A stretch of 64,000 nt of DNA from Antedon mediterranea (Eukaryota > Animalia > Echinodermata), in NCBI RefSeq assembly GCF_964355755.1, contig NC_092670.1, forward strand, positions 1,850,201 through 1,914,200, written 5' to 3'. The notes under the pieces were generated by a model that saw only the letters and a program-made list of their open reading frames with translations, searched no databases and had not been told where the DNA came from. Below, piece by piece: positions 27,001-41,900 of this stretch (positions are counted from its first letter, which is position 1; each line of letters starts with the position of its first letter). The translations under genes and the position numbers were made by a program.

Positions 27001-30000
27001 TTAGTTTGGTACAGTTTTTTGTAACACTTTTACAAGATTTGAAGTTGCCAACTGAAGTGGTGTTTTTTCTTCCTAGTATAAAACAATTATTTGATAATAT
27101 TAAAAATCATATCACAATACAAAATTAAATTCTTCACCCTGTATTTAAGATAAGATAAGATAAATCTTTATTGTCATGAACACAACAAGGCGAACATGAA
27201 ATTGGTTTTCCTTGATGCTTAAAAACATACAATATATAAAACATTAAAAATATCAATACAATACATTAAAACTATATACAGAAGTAAACAAACTATCTTT
27301 GGAATGTTGTGTTGGAAACATGAATTCCTACATCGAGTGGTATTGCACATTAAAGGACGAATTCTACCTGATTTATTAACAACATATTTATCATTCAATG
27401 GGTGTGAGTTATCTTCCATTATTTTGTTAACTTGGCTAATAACATCGCGCCTGTAAACTGCGTCGATAACACTGAAATTCCTTCCTATTATTTTACTAGC
27501 AGTTTTCATAGTACGGTCAAGTTTCATTTTATCATTAGCACTCAGACTATTGTACCAAACAACACAGTTGAAAGTTACAACACTAAGAATAACACTCTGG
27601 TGAAACATAAAAAGTACATAATTATTTCACTCTGAAAGAGCTTTCTGAGAAGGTACAGCCGTTGATTACATTTTTAAATAATATTTACAGTATTTGCATT
27701 CCAATTTAATTCACAATTTACTGTGTTGTTTATAAAATATTTACCTTATTTTGTGCTGTCAAATCTGCACCATTCTTCACTAAATACGTAGCAACCTCAG
27801 TCCTGTCCTCTTCACAAGCTAAATGTCTAAAAGACGAAAAAGAAAGTTTACAGGAAATTTACAGCAATGACAGTGCTGTAGCCACAAGAAATAAAGTGGT
27901 GAGGTTGTTGCAAGAAAATTAAACTCTGTATGAAAAAGTGGTCAGGTTGAACCTTACCAACCATAATGTACCAAAGAGTACAATTACTTTATTTACATAC
28001 AAACTAATACAATACATATTGAAATACAATCAATCAAGGTTATTATAAATTGCATTCTAACTTACAAAGCTGTGTTACCAACGGAATCTTGAAGTCCAAG
28101 TTGGCAGTGATGGTCAATAAAAAGTTCTACTATTTTCAAATGACCTTTGGATGTGGCGCGATGGAGCGGTGTTGACCCCATGTGGTCACCTTGGTCTGGG
28201 TCTGCTCCATTCTCCAACAAAACCTTTGCAATCTGAAAAAAAAGAGTATAAATCGTAAGTTAATTTTTTAATTAAAAATGTTGATATTAAAACCTGGATA
28301 AAAGTGCTCCTGTTGCTAATTATGTATAAATGCAGTTACAGTACTGACTACAAATCATGTACCATAACCCGCGTTTGTCGCGCGTGTAAAATATGTGTAA
28401 TTGCCGCGTGCCTGTATTTGCCGTGTGGACCATGACGTCATCACTTTGTAGCTTTTTACTGGTAAAATATGGAACTCCCGGTACGACGCCCGCGACAACA
28501 CACACGTGGGTATCTGTTTGTTTCTATTGTTTAGGCCTACCATCATATGTAATCTGAACCCGCCCGTTACTGTATGCAACAAAGTTTATTTTTTCTCTAT
28601 TGTTAGGCAAACAATAAATAAGAAAGTTTATAGAATTCATGTAAATTGTTTTTCATCGGGGTTTTGTTTAGAGTTCACGTCGTATCATTTTATATAATGT
28701 GAGGCTTACAGAGAGAAGTGTACAACAGGGAGGCTAGAATAGAGAGCTACTAATACTATACCTACTAAGCCCCCGACAACAACAAAACATATTTAGCGAT
28801 CTTTAATAGGTCAATAAATAGCCTAATAATAGTAATATTATAAAATGATGTTTCCTTGTATTTTCCTAACCGTAAGCCAAATATTTAATTTAAAATACAG
28901 AGCTAGTGTTTATTTTAGGCCAAGAAGTACAGTATGTATTCGCTCAAATAACTGTGACTGTGAATGGGTTTTCCGCCGCTCGGTGTAGAAAGTCAAATGA
29001 TTACGTTCTTCTAACACGTTTATTAAATGTCTTTTAGTATATTTCTATCTAACATGTCTGCATTGTATACTTGCTTTATGAATTCTCTGCTTATGTAACG
29101 ACTTAATAAGTTGCTAAATTGACGTTTATAAAGCAGATATTTGTCTGACATCAGCCCATGTTTATAATGAAAACAAAACAAGGTTCCGAAAATGGTACAG
29201 TCCAAAATGGGGTGTGCAATTAAATAATATCAACGTAAACATGCGCACGGTATCAGGGCTGTAATTATAAGAGAACTGATTTCCCCTGGACGGGAAATGG
29301 TAAAAACTTGTATTTATTCGACCTCGCTTCTCTCTCGCTCTGGCTGTGTGCGGAGGATCGCTCCAACGTGGTTTCGTGGAGCATGGTTTCGTGGAGCGAT
29401 TAATGGTCCAGTCCGTAACAGGGGTGTACATTGTTTACCGCGCTAAATACATGCATGTCAATACTGGCGTTGTAATACTATATAAATGTTTTCCTCCCCG
29501 ACGGGGAATGGTAAAATCTTTATGTTATTATTTGGCCTAGCAACTGTGTGTACCTGTGTGAACTCCATGGATGAACTCTACAACGTGGTGTGTACAGAAA
29601 GTACGTCATTCGGCCACCAGTGACGATCGTGTTTTGAAAGATATTGTTGGGTCTTTTCTACCTTGTTTTTTTAATGAGTTTTCTCAAATACTTAATAAAT
29701 ATGACTTAAAAATATATATAAACAAACCCTGAAAGCAAACTAGGCCTAGAATAGTAGTACTGTACTCCCGGTAGTACTAGTAGGCCTACTAACTAGGCCT
29801 AGTATTTTCAATCACAGACATAGCCTAATTGCATCATGGAGGTTTTTACCTTCATTATTGCAGTATGATAAATAAATCGATTTTTTATTTCAAATAGGCC
29901 TATATTTTGTTATATAAAATGCTGTTATCCTGTACTGTAATTCCAGTTATTGTCTGTTTGATAATAATAATATATATGAACAAAACATCAACAAATTATA

Positions 30001-30879
30001 AATACAGTTCGCTGCAGTTGAATTACTCAATGCAGTAATGCATGAGTGAATATGGACAGTATTGTTAGTACCTAATTACACGCGAGTCACGCGTTTTTCA
30101 CACCCGTGTAAAATGTGTGGGCTTGGTATATGATATGTAGTCAGTACTGTACAGTACCTCAAACCAATCTTTGGAAGCTGCATAATGGAGCGGAATTTGG
30201 CGTGTTTGGTTCGTCGCATTCACTTTAGCACCACTTTTTAGTAAAAGCTGTAAAATCTCTTTTCTGCCAGCTGATGACGCTATATGCAGAGAAGACCAAT
30301 CCGCCTAAGAGTAAGAGAACAATGTCAATGTACTCTAATTAGATTTGTTTACAGATGAGACATTAGTAGTACAGTACACAAACTTTTTAAACTGTGATGC
30401 CTACCTCATCAGTAGCATTGACATCTGCTCCTTTATCCAAAAGATAAGATACTATGTGGAGATGACCTGCTGATGATGCCCAGTGAAGAGGAGTGCGTTG
30501 AACCTAAAAGTACACAATAAATGAAGACAAATATTTCAATGATTAAAACTATAAATTTAAAATCTAAAAACAAAATTATACCAGTCTACAACACTCTTTT
30601 TAAACTAAAAACTAACTAATTTTAATTAAGCATTAGCTTTCAAAACCAATAAATGTGATGTTCAGTTCCCTTTTTGCTGTGTCATTTAAATGAAAATAAC
30701 CACCTTCACTTCAACCAGCCAGCCAGCCATTCACAAAAACATAACAATCTGTTTTTTGTTTCACTCAAATTAGTTACCTGATCCACTTTTGATATCAAAT
30801 TTGGTTCTGTCTCAATTTTAGACGACAACAAATTAAGATCTCCGTCATACGCTAATATGCATGATTCTAAGTTAGACAT
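27001..30879 (-). CDS. PSMD10: 26S proteasome non-ATPase regulatory subunit 10 (gankyrin); exons ~30879-30778, 30503-30405, 30304-30158, 28232-28066, 27827-27745, 27072-27001
   Basis: Ankyrin repeats [76 protein letters not shown] match gankyrin. Confidence 0.9.
27140..27720 (-). mobile_element. Degenerate LINE 3' fragment (L2/Rex1-like C-terminus) with (TCTTA)n tail in the last PSMD10 intron
   Basis: [18 protein letters not shown]...KTASKIIG...SHPL...SGR...TTRCRNS motif; aataaa followed by tcttatcttatc on the minus strand. Confidence 0.75.
28339..30149. mobile_element. Non-autonomous Tc1/pogo-like element, imperfect ~28-bp TIRs (CAGTACTGACTACA...), TA TSD
   Basis: ta|cagtactgactacaaatcatgtacca at 28339 and tggtatatgatatgtagtcagtactg|ta ending 30149. 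Confidence 0.65.
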
Positions 30880-31267
30880 TTTTATAATACTGTAATAATA
30901 TAATTTCAAGAATACTCTTCAAAAATGCTTGTTACCACAGTGTAAAAATGTATGTGTGTAGTGTAGTCTGCTCTTGATCCACTGTAAACATATTTTTGCA
31001 TAATCTCTTTATTCCTTTTAAAAATAAGCTTATTACAACCTAATCAAATTAATAATTAATTGTATTCATACCTATATTTATAACGTGTACATTAACGTAG
31101 ACTTAAACATTAAATGTTTAATTTAAAACATTAGAAAAACTAATTCATGATTAAATTTCAATAGCCAATCACAATAAGCAATATCTTTTCCCATAAAGAA
31201 CAACGTGCGCTAACCCCCTACCATCCGGCTTGAAGTGTAAGAAAAGGGAGTGGAGAAAAGGTCTAAA
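30880..31267. promoter_or_regulatory. Probable bidirectional promoter between PSMD10 and EIF3B
   Basis: Start codons head-to-head, 388 bp apart; agccaatca CCAAT box at ~31163. Confidence 0.6.
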
Positions 31268-34200
31268 ATGACGAATTTAGCATCAATGCAAAACAACGAT
31301 GACCCGTCAAATGAAAGAGTACAAGAGCCTGACTTTGATGATCCTCCTGGCTTCGTAGATGACATATCAAATGAAGGTAAATGTTGTGTTTTAGCTAAGC
31401 TATAAAACTCACCGGGAAGAAGCAAAAGACGCTGCGATTCCCGGCAAAATGCAGGCTAGCTAGGCCGCCACCTATAGTAAATTAATTACAGGCTTAGGAC
31501 TGTAACATATGTGTCGAGCTAGAATAGATAGAAGGTGGCATTATTCTTTGCTTCATGCATAAATGTAGTATCATTTTTGTGTAAGAGTGTAGGCCTATAT
31601 ATATTTTCTTTGATTGACGCATTATCTAAATTGAATTTATTATTAATCCTAGCTAGCTAAGCCTATTCTATGCCTATTATTAATTAATATATATTAATAA
31701 TGTACTTTTTTTAGACTGACTGAATTTGAATAGGAGTATTGATTACATTGCGATTTTTGAAAAATGGTTTCATAATATAAATATTAAATCTATGCTAAGC
31801 CTAGGCTAGTATTTCAATAAATATGTTATTTGTTATTTTCAGAGCTTCTTGCAGATCTGTTGAAGGATAAACCTAAAGAAGCCGATGGAATAGATTCTGT
31901 TGTTGTGATTGATAACGTTCCTTCGGTTGGACCAGAACGTTTAGAAAAACTAAAGAATGTCATAAATAAGATTTTTTCAAAATTTGGTCAAATTGTTTCA
32001 GACCACTATCCACTTGATAATGGAAAGACAATGGGGTAGGTATTTATTGAAGTTTCTTCTTTACTACTCTGGCCAAAAAATTAAACATTTGTACTCAAAA
32101 TCTAAATATTATATTATTATTGTATTAACATAATGTATGTATAAGAAAAGGTTATATACACATGTATGAATATAGTACTAGTAGACTAGAGAAACATATT
32201 AATGAACATGTTACATATGAAGAATATAAATATGATAACATATACATTTATTATATAAAATTAAATATGCATTTTTATACAAGTACAGTAAAAGTGGGTG
32301 AAATCCCCACAACAAGAAAAAAAATCAAAATGTATTTTTTAATTCTTATTTTTATAATTTTACAGATATATATTCTTGGAGTACAAGTCTCCAGCCAATG
32401 CTGTGTCAGCCGTCAAAATGTTAAATGGATATAAACTGGATAAACAACACACATTTGCTGTCAATCTATTTACAGATTTTGAAAAGTAAGAATAAAATAG
32501 CTTTCCATTCTTAACTTTATGTTGTTCCACGGCTCACATCACAGGAAAATTAGATTTTTAAAAAAAACACAATTTTTTGTATGTTTATATTTGTTTCTTT
32601 ACAGGTATGCCAATCGACCTCCGTCGCAAAACCTTGAAAAAAGACCATTTCAGGACATGGTAAGTAGTTGCTAGCAATCTCTATAAAAATTGAAGTAATA
32701 GTAAGTCCAATCTCTGCTGTTTGGTGGCAATGTCAGATGTGTGAGAGTTTCTAGTGATCTATCAGTTGGATGTAGTTAAGATGTTCTCTGCTGTTTGGTG
32801 GCGATGTCAGATGTGTGAGAGTTTCTAGTGATCTATCAGTTGGATGTAGTTAAGATGTTCTCCGCTGTTTGGTGGCGATGTCAGATGTGTGAGAGTTTCT
32901 AGTGATCTATCAGTTGGATGTAGTTAAGATGTTCTCTGCTGTTTAGTGGCAATGTCAGATGTGTGAGAGTTTCGAGTGATCTATCTGTTGGATGTAGTTA
33001 AGATGTTCTCTGCTGTTTGGTGGCAATGTCAGATGTGTGAGAGTTTCTAGTGATCTATCAGTTGGATGTAGTTAAGATGTTCTCTGCTGTTTGGTGGCAA
33101 TGTCAGATGTGTGAGAGTTTCGAGTGATCTATCAGTTGGATGTAGTTAAGATGTTCTTCTAGAACAGTAGTATGTGTATATAACAAATTCACAGTTGCTG
33201 GTAACTATCATCCTACAAATCTTTTTACTTTGCTCTTAGCTGTTTAGGGGATGTTGATTGAAATAAATGGGGAATGTGTATATGCAATCTGGTAAACTAG
33301 TTTAATATTGTTTTTTTTTTTGTTAGGGTAATCTACGGTCATGGCTTCAAGATATTGATGCTAATGATCATTACAGCGTGATCCATGACGCAGGAGAAAA
33401 GACGAGCATTTACCTTAACACGTCATCAGAGGCCATCAAGGTTGAAGAAAGAGCGGTAGGTAGTATTTACCATTTTGGTTAACAATATTCAGGGAACACT
33501 GTTGGCTCCTGAAAGTGTCTATTAGAGCCGTTTTTGTAAAATCATCATTTATTGGAAATAAAAACATAAGAATGTAAAAACATCCCAGGTTACTGCTTGG
33601 AGAACCAAGCATATGCAGTGCAAAACAAGACAACAAATACAACACACTTAAAATAAGAAGGTAAAAAAGGCTTAAAATTCAGATAGCCCTACTGCCAGCT
33701 TTAAAACAGTTTTTCTCAATCCTTATTTGCTGTGTATTTTTCAGAGATGGACAGAAACATATGTACGCTGGTCTCCCCAGGGCACTTACCTGACTACCTT
33801 CCATCAAAAAGGTATCGCTTTGTGGGGCGGGGAAAAGTTTCAACAAATACAAAGGTTTGCCCACACAGGAGTACAACTGATTGACTTCTCACCGTGTGAA
33901 AGGTAATTTTACAGATTTCTAGAACTTAGCATGCAATCACCTCAAATTAAATGCACAATAAACAACTATGTATATTCTTGCCATACATGCTGTTTTAATT
34001 TACAAACCGGTAAAAACTAGTGATGACTAGAAGTAAGAAATCAAAGTAGTTGTAACTGGAATTCTTTCTTGTTTTCAATTCAGATATTTAGTCAGCTTTA
34101 GTCCGTTGATGGACTCCAAAGATGACCCAAAGGCAATCATCATCTGGGATGTTTTAACGGGTGCTAAAAAACGTGGCTTCCACTGTCTTAGTACTTCTCA

Positions 34201-37200
34201 ATGGCCGGTGTTCAAGTAAGTATTGTTGCTTTCTTTACTTGTTTTTGTGTACCACAGCATTTTTTTGTTACTTGGTAATTTATTGATGTACTTGCTTGTC
34301 TTTTTAGATGGAGTCATGATGGTAAATACTTTGCTAGGATTGGTGAAGACAGCCTCAGTGTTTATGAAACACCGTCGTTCGGCCTTCTGGACAAGAAAAG
34401 TTTTAAGTGTAATGATATAAAGTAAGTAAAGAACATGTTCATAGTTCATGTTCATAATATATAATAATAATATATACATTTTGGTTATAATTTAGTCAAA
34501 TATAAAGACATTTTAATCAAAGATTGACATACTTTTTAGGGATTTTTGTTGGTCACCAGCCGATAGCATCATTTCTTATTGGGTCCCCGAACAAGGAGAA
34601 AGTCCTGCTCGTGTCACGCTTCTTGAGATCCCATCGCGTAAAGAGCTTCGAGTTAAGAACCTTTTCAACGTATCCGAGTGTAAACTACACTGGCAGAAAG
34701 CGGGTGATTATCTCGGGGTCAAAGTTGATAGACTTACTAAAAGCAAGAAGGGACAATACTACAGTTTTGAAATCTTCCGCATACGAGAGAAGCAGATTCC
34801 GGTAGATGTAGTAGAAATTAAGGATCCTATCGGAGCATTTGCGTGGGAACCAGTTGGGTCGCGGTTCGCTGTACTTCATGGTGAATCACCAAGAATTGGT
34901 GCTAGCTTTTATAATGTGAAGCCTAACAGTAAAATTGAGTTAATAAGTAAGTTACACAAATTAAGCATCATCAAATAGGTCAACTTAAGCCTGTTTTTCA
35001 TTTAGGCTAATTTATACGTTGACTATTGCACATGCATAGTATTATTTTCATGTTTTATGACTTGAAAAATTGTACAATAAATCAAAACTTAGAATTGTTT
35101 GTTTCGCGCGAATATATTTGCCTAGTGGAAAATATGCTGTAGAGCATTAATTTATATCTAATATTATAATCTGCATGAATCATTTGCTTGGGGTGAGCAT
35201 CGGAACTTGTATATTCAATTTCATAGTTAACAATACTACAACTAAGACATTCTTTTTTATTATCTAGCTACATTAGAGAAAAAAGCAGCAAATGCATTGT
35301 TCTGGGCACCAAATGGTCAATTTATAGTACTCGCTGGTCTGCGATCGTAAGTAAAGTATATACTAACTCTATGGCGTGTTTAATCGAAATTCATGTCATA
35401 AATTGTATTTAATTCCACAAACCTATGTTTGGATTTACTGTAGAAAAGAAAAATATGAAGATTAAATTCTGCTATTTTTTAGACCTGTTTCATGTTTTCA
35501 ATTCCAGAATGAATGGAGCATTGGAGTTTGTCGACGCCAATGACATGACTATCATGAACACGTCGGAGCATTTTATGGCAACCGACGTTGAATGGGACCC
35601 AACTGGACGATATGTAGCAACAGGTGTCAGCTGGTGGAGTCATAAGGTTAGATTAATATCTTCTGAAGATTTTCCAGTTTGTGACACTCTTCCTATTTGT
35701 TAAATTTTTCGCCTTTTGTTGGCAGGATGTTTGGAATTACAGAATAGATTAATATTCAAGGGGAAATTGTTTCACTGGACCTAAAGTTTATAGTCCTTAC
35801 TCTATCTACCACAAGAACCATGGAGCTAGTGGTGATGGCTGTTCCACTGTCTTAACCACTCGGTTCTCACATGTGGTTATGGCTACTGTTCCACTGTCTT
35901 AACCACTCAGTTCTCACATGTGGTTATGGCTACTGTTCCACTGTCTTAACCACTCAGTTCTCACATGTGGTTATGGCTATGTATTACTGTTCCACTGTCT
36001 TAACCACTCAGTTCTCACATGTGGTTATGGCTACTGTTCCACTGTCTTAACCACTCAGTTCTCACATGTAGTTCAAATATCAATTTGTTACTACGTACTT
36101 AAATGTGAGAATTAAAATATTGATTTATAACTATTTATATTGATGACTCTGCATTTGTGTCTGCAGGTTGACAATGCATACTGGATGTGGTCGTTCCAAG
36201 GAAAAGTACTTCAAAAATGCACTACAGATCGCTTCTGTCAACTGTTATGGCGGCCACGCCCACCGCCAGTGCTTACTGAAGAACAAATCAAGGTACTATC
36301 TACACCCCTTCACATTGAATGGAATAATCTGTCCAGTTTATTTACTTACTGTGAATTCTGAAAGATAGATAATATATATTAAAATGGAACCCATACTCTA
36401 CATAACTACTGTAAATCCTTTAGTTACAATTACATCTAATAAATAAAGAATCACAGGAAAAAGTGAAACATTCATTGAAAGCCCGATCATTAATTAATGA
36501 CAGTGACAGTGGCTTTGGCTGCTTCTGTGCTTTCCTGGCAGATAGTGACTATGATACATTTTCTCCTTGCATCATGTTTGTTTAATTTGTATTATATTTT
36601 GTAAAATGTGTCTTTTGCCTGATTAATTAATAGTAATAAAAGTATTGTTTATTTTTATCCTCCAAAGGATTTGAAAAAGAATATGAAGACGTACAGCAAA
36701 CGTTATGAATTGAAAGATAGAATGAGCCAATCAAAGGCCTCCAAGGTAAGACGATTTGTGGAAATAATGCAATAGTAGGCTAGTTACATTGTTTTGAATA
36801 GTGTATAGATTGATTTGACATAATGCAATAGTAGGCTAGTTGCATTGTTTTGAATAGTGTATAGATTGATTTGACATAATGCAATAGTAGGCTAGTTGCA
36901 TTGTTTTGAATAGTGTATAGATTGATTTGACATAATGCAATAGTAGGCTAGTTGCATTGTTTTGAATAGTGTATAGATTGATTTGACATAATGCAATAGT
37001 AGGCTAGTTACATTGTTTTGAATAGTGTATAGATTGATTTGACTTAAAATCTCATTTGAAGAACAAAACAATGAGAGTAAATCACAAATGGCACAGCCGA
37101 TAATTAGTGTGCGGCAAAATCAAAGTTTATTTTAACTTTTCTTGTAGGAAATCATTGAAAGACGTCGTGTATTGATGGAAGAATTTGAAAACTTCAAGAA

Positions 37201-37790
37201 ACAGAAAGAGGAACAACTTGCAGCAGAGAAGAAAGAACGTTTAGAACTGAGGAGAGGTAAGCAACAGTCATTACCAAACAGCCCTCTCTAGTTGTTGATT
37301 TACATTCATGGGCTTGCCTACAAATTGTAGATTGCAATTTCTTTTTTTTTCAAATCTTCTTTGTAACTTAAGATATGGAACGCTCACTATGCATAAATAA
37401 TTTATTCTCACTCATGGATGTGAATCAGACAAGATGGGCCTAATTTTAAGGCCTCCTAATTGTTTAATTTCAACACAGCACCAATTCAAGATTGATTCCT
37501 GATGAAAGGACATTTTTGTCCCACCTGTCCTTAACTCTAGCTACAACCAATCTCACCTTATTCAAGAGTAACTGTATATTTATTATACATGCATGGTTGG
37601 TCTAGCCAATCAGCACACAGAGGGGGTACTTGCACACCAATGAATTGGGTACTGAAAATATTATCAAAGAATATTTATTCTTTCAGGTATGGAGACTGAC
37701 TCATATGACAGTGGTTGGGATGAAGTTGCACAGGAAACTGTTGAATTTTTTATAAGCGAAGAAATCATTGAAATCGAAGATCCAGAGTAA
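31268..37790 (+). CDS. EIF3B: Eukaryotic translation initiation factor 3 subunit B, ~15 exons
   Basis: [86 protein letters not shown]; stop at 37788-37790. Confidence 0.95.
32711..33157. repeat. 76-bp tandem repeat, ~6 copies, EIF3B intron
   Basis: tctctgctgtttggtggcaatgtcagatgtgtgagag... repeated. Confidence 0.95.
35835..36068. repeat. 47-bp tandem repeat, ~5 copies
   Basis: ttatggctactgttccactgtcttaaccactcagttctcacatgtgg repeated. Confidence 0.9.
36764..37043. repeat. 56-bp tandem repeat, 5 copies
   Basis: ataatgcaatagtaggctagtt(a/g)cattgttttgaatagtgtatagattgatttgac repeated. Confidence 0.95.
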
Positions 37791-38921
37791 TTGTGTTGCG
37801 TTCAACATCTTTTGGAGTTTCACGATTGAAATTCCAAACACGTTTGAGCCGTTTGGTCAGTTGCGCATTTGTAGATTTTCGGATTAATATTGAAGACCGA
37901 AAATCATTTAAACCCGGTAGCTTTGTTGGTGGGGTGTTAGTGCATTTGTGTGAGCAAAGCTGTAACCGGAAGATTATTTCTTATTGATATCCAGAATTTC
38001 TGATTAGTATCTTTGTATTGTATACTAATTATTATATAGAATTTGTCAAATCTTACTCAGTATAGTGTGGTATTGTTATACATTGGTATATTATCGTGAA
38101 TTTATAGTTGTTTGATTTTGTTTATTTAGCCTCCCTGCATTCCATAATTGATACTCAGCCTCAAATCGAAAAACATACCTCGTTAGAAACTTGTATTTGA
38201 ATACTATAATAAGTATTATCAACAAAATAAAATTATTCTAAAACGATATTTTTTAGTTTTTAACAACAAATATGGTAATTGATTACAAACCATATTGTTT
38301 AACGTCGCCTACATATATTGTAGATTGCTCGTTTTGGAAAAGACGTCGTAAAAAACCCCGTCATAGGCACTTTTTTTATTTCTTTGTAGTATATAGTTTA
38401 ATTTCTTCATATAGTAATGTAGTCATTGGATTATTAATATATCATTCACCATTTACGATATGATATTAAATCTTATATGATAGTCAATGTCATTGATTCA
38501 GTTCTTTTTGTTGGTATATAAATTGCCCTCAGATGTTTGCATTATTCAGTCCATGGTCTACCATGAGACCAACGCACCTTCTTGAAAGTGAGCATATACC
38601 ATAACATTTTAGTGATGCCATGCAATGTAGAGTGCTAGCTTTTTTTTCCAATTTTACATTAATTTGTAATTAGTTACATCTTTATAAAAGAAATTACTAT
38701 TTATTTCTCAAAAATAAATTGCCAAAATTATGATGCATTGCATTGTGGTTACAGCTTCATAAAAGAAATTACTGTACCTATCATTAATTTATAATACAAA
38801 CAGTTGAAATTATATATAATTTATAATATACAGTAATTATAAAATCTATTATGTTCAATATATCTGGGCTCCAATAGTACTGTACTTATTTGTCCTCATC
38901 AAAACTGCATGTTGTTAAATG

Positions 38922-41900
38922 TTACAACTGAAGTGGTCTGGCTCCATCACATGCTGCACATACATAGAATGTAGCATTACCGCTATACTTAGACTAAAAA
39001 GAAAACAAACATACATTAAAATGTTATATAATGTTACCACTATCATATGTTCCATTTTTTATTCTAATCAGCGACCAATACCACAGGTAATTAATTAGAG
39101 GGACACCACATGATGTACTTACTTGCATAGTTTCCACCGTGTTCTGTACAGCCTCTTTGTCAAGTAGGGTTACAGTGCAGCCTCCAAACCCACCTCCCGT
39201 CATCCTTGATCCATAAATGCCATCACATGACATCGCTAAATTTACTAAGTCATCTAGCTCTTTGCAGCTTACTTCGTAATCCTTACTAAAATAGAAAAAT
39301 TAATGCAAAAGATAGAAAATACACTTCTGTACTACCTATTTTCTACTTTTAGTTTAATTATTTATTTAATCTCGAGTTCTGTTCACACTGAAAAATGGGT
39401 GGAGTGTTTAAAAATAGAATCATTCTTATTTCGGATTCCGCCGTAAAAAATATGTGTGTGAAATGCACTAAAAATACAATTGTACTGTTAATGAAATAGT
39501 TTAGTACTTAAACTACAACATTTAAAAGTACTATGAAAAATAAAAAACTCTCAAGCATACACCAACTAACAATATAACATAAAAAAAAAAACATAGTATA
39601 TAATCAGTTCATCTACTGATTTTTAAAAAAGAAACTTTTTACAAATGTCATGTTATGCCCAACGTACCACAAAGAATTGTGGCTTTCCACCATCAGTTTA
39701 CCAAATGTGACAAAGTCAGAGCTTGACAATGCTTCTGCTGCTTTCGAGGTTCTTGTGATCTCGCTGATCACATGTCTAGCTCGTCTAAAAGTCACATCAT
39801 CAAGCTTTCCTACTTGATCTATAAGTAAAACATTTTACGAATTAAAAAACCTTTTTAAAAATAGTTAATTATGAATATATTTGAATAATTTAAACATAAA
39901 ACCAGACTTCTTATACCCCTTTCACATCGCATTTCATACACACAATGGCACACAAAATTCTGATGTTAAAATGCTGTGTGAGTTTGGCAAGGCGATGAGG
40001 ACGTGGTAATAAGTATACATCTGCCCAAACATAGTAGTAATATTCCCAAATATGGTATATGATATCATCACGTCCATATATGGGCACATCACATTTTTTT
40101 GTCAGTTTGATAGTGTAGACAAGGCTTTAGTATTTAAAAACTAGAAAGACCAAACAATTGTTAGTACACACAATAACCACAACAGAGAAAACAATTCACC
40201 AATTGCTTACGTTGAAGGTCTTCCATCGTTGCATCCCGAAGACTTTCTTTCCCAAGAGCCTTTGCTGCTTTGTAACACTGTTTACGTCGTGATGGGTACT
40301 CACTTCCGGTAAGTTCATGTTTGACGTTTGAGTTAGTAATTAGCACAACTATATTTGGGTTGGTCATGGCAACTAATTTAGCTTCCATTGATCTAGCAAC
40401 AAAAATAAAAATAGCTAGAATATGAGAATGAGGTCCAGTGCAGCATGTAAATCTCAATTTGTTTATTTTAATAAATTTATTTATATAAATCTTCAGGCAA
40501 ATACTAGAAGTTTAAAAGTAGGTGCTTGCTAAAAACACTTAAGTACACACTTACCTACAGTCTATAAGTAAAGCATTATCTTTTTTCCCCATAACAGAAA
40601 TGAACTGGTCCATAATACCACAAGGCATTTTGGGAAAGTCATGTTCAGCTTTCTGACAGGCTAAAGCCTTGTCTTTTGGACTTGTTTTAAAACTTGGATC
40701 CAGCTGCTCTAGGAAAGTATACGTTGCGACTTCTAGCGATGCAGAGCTGGAAACACCGCCTCCTATAGGCACAGTGGTACCTATCACAGCGCTGAATGAT
40801 GATAGGTTACCTGATAAGACAAAAAGACAGCGCAACATAACAGTTGGTTATGCACTTGTCAATATTGAATGACCTACAATATGACCCCGGGAGAGGTGCG
40901 TCATTTGTCCGATGTGCGTCAATACATTTAGGTGACGATGACGCACCCATTTTGATGCATTGTGGACATGTTGTTCATGATATGATGGGTGGTAAAGTGA
41001 CGGACACTGACACACCATGTTCATTGATGTGACGTACCATCTAGGTTTTGTGAATAATTATTTGTCAATGACGCACCTCTCCCGGGGGTCATATTGTGGG
41101 TCATTCAATTGACAAGTGTCAATCAATTGAATACAGAGCTCTGGGAGTGTAAGGTACTACTTTTGCTGTGTTATTCACCTTTGTAATTTTGTACAACTCC
41201 TTTTACATAGTTTGCCCATGCAGGTTCACCTGGCAGGAGGGGGATCTCACTTGTTGGAAGAGCAAATTCAACTTGTTTTGGTTCATCAACACCTTCAGCG
41301 GTTGTTATCACTGTACACATCCCACTGTTGGTTTTTGAGCCAACAAGTACCGTCACCATAGGCAGTGCCTGAATTGGAAAAGAAGAAAGATATTACTTTC
41401 TTTATTTTCATGTATATTCATCAATAAGTAAATAACAAACAAAAAACAGGATGCTTACCTGATCTGATGATGAAACATTTTATTTTTTTATTTGATCTAA
41501 CAATCAATAACATAAAATGATTATAATATCATTTACTCCATGATAATAGTTATATATATTTCTGCTAAAAAACAAAAGGCCTACGTACTACTAGTAGTAG
41601 TAGTATGCCTATAAACCTATAGGACTATTTTATATTTCCTAGCTAAGCCTAGCTACCTGTCCTAACTAGCTAGGCCTGGCTCTACTAAGCCTGGACTTTT
41701 GTTTAGGCTAAGTAAGTTTTAGTTAACAAACACAGTGCAAGTGGTGCATCCCCCAGCCAGCATCACCCACCACACAGATGATTGGACCAACTTACCATCG
41801 GAAAAACAGTGCAAGTGGTGCACCCCAGCCAGCCAGCATCACCCACCACACAGATGATTGGACCAACTTACCATCGGAAAAACAGTGCAAGTGGTGCACC

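Noticed and set aside
36450-36562. Possible intronic H/ACA snoRNA in EIF3B (ends ACAttt)
   Set aside because: Could not verify a two-hairpin fold or an H box by eye
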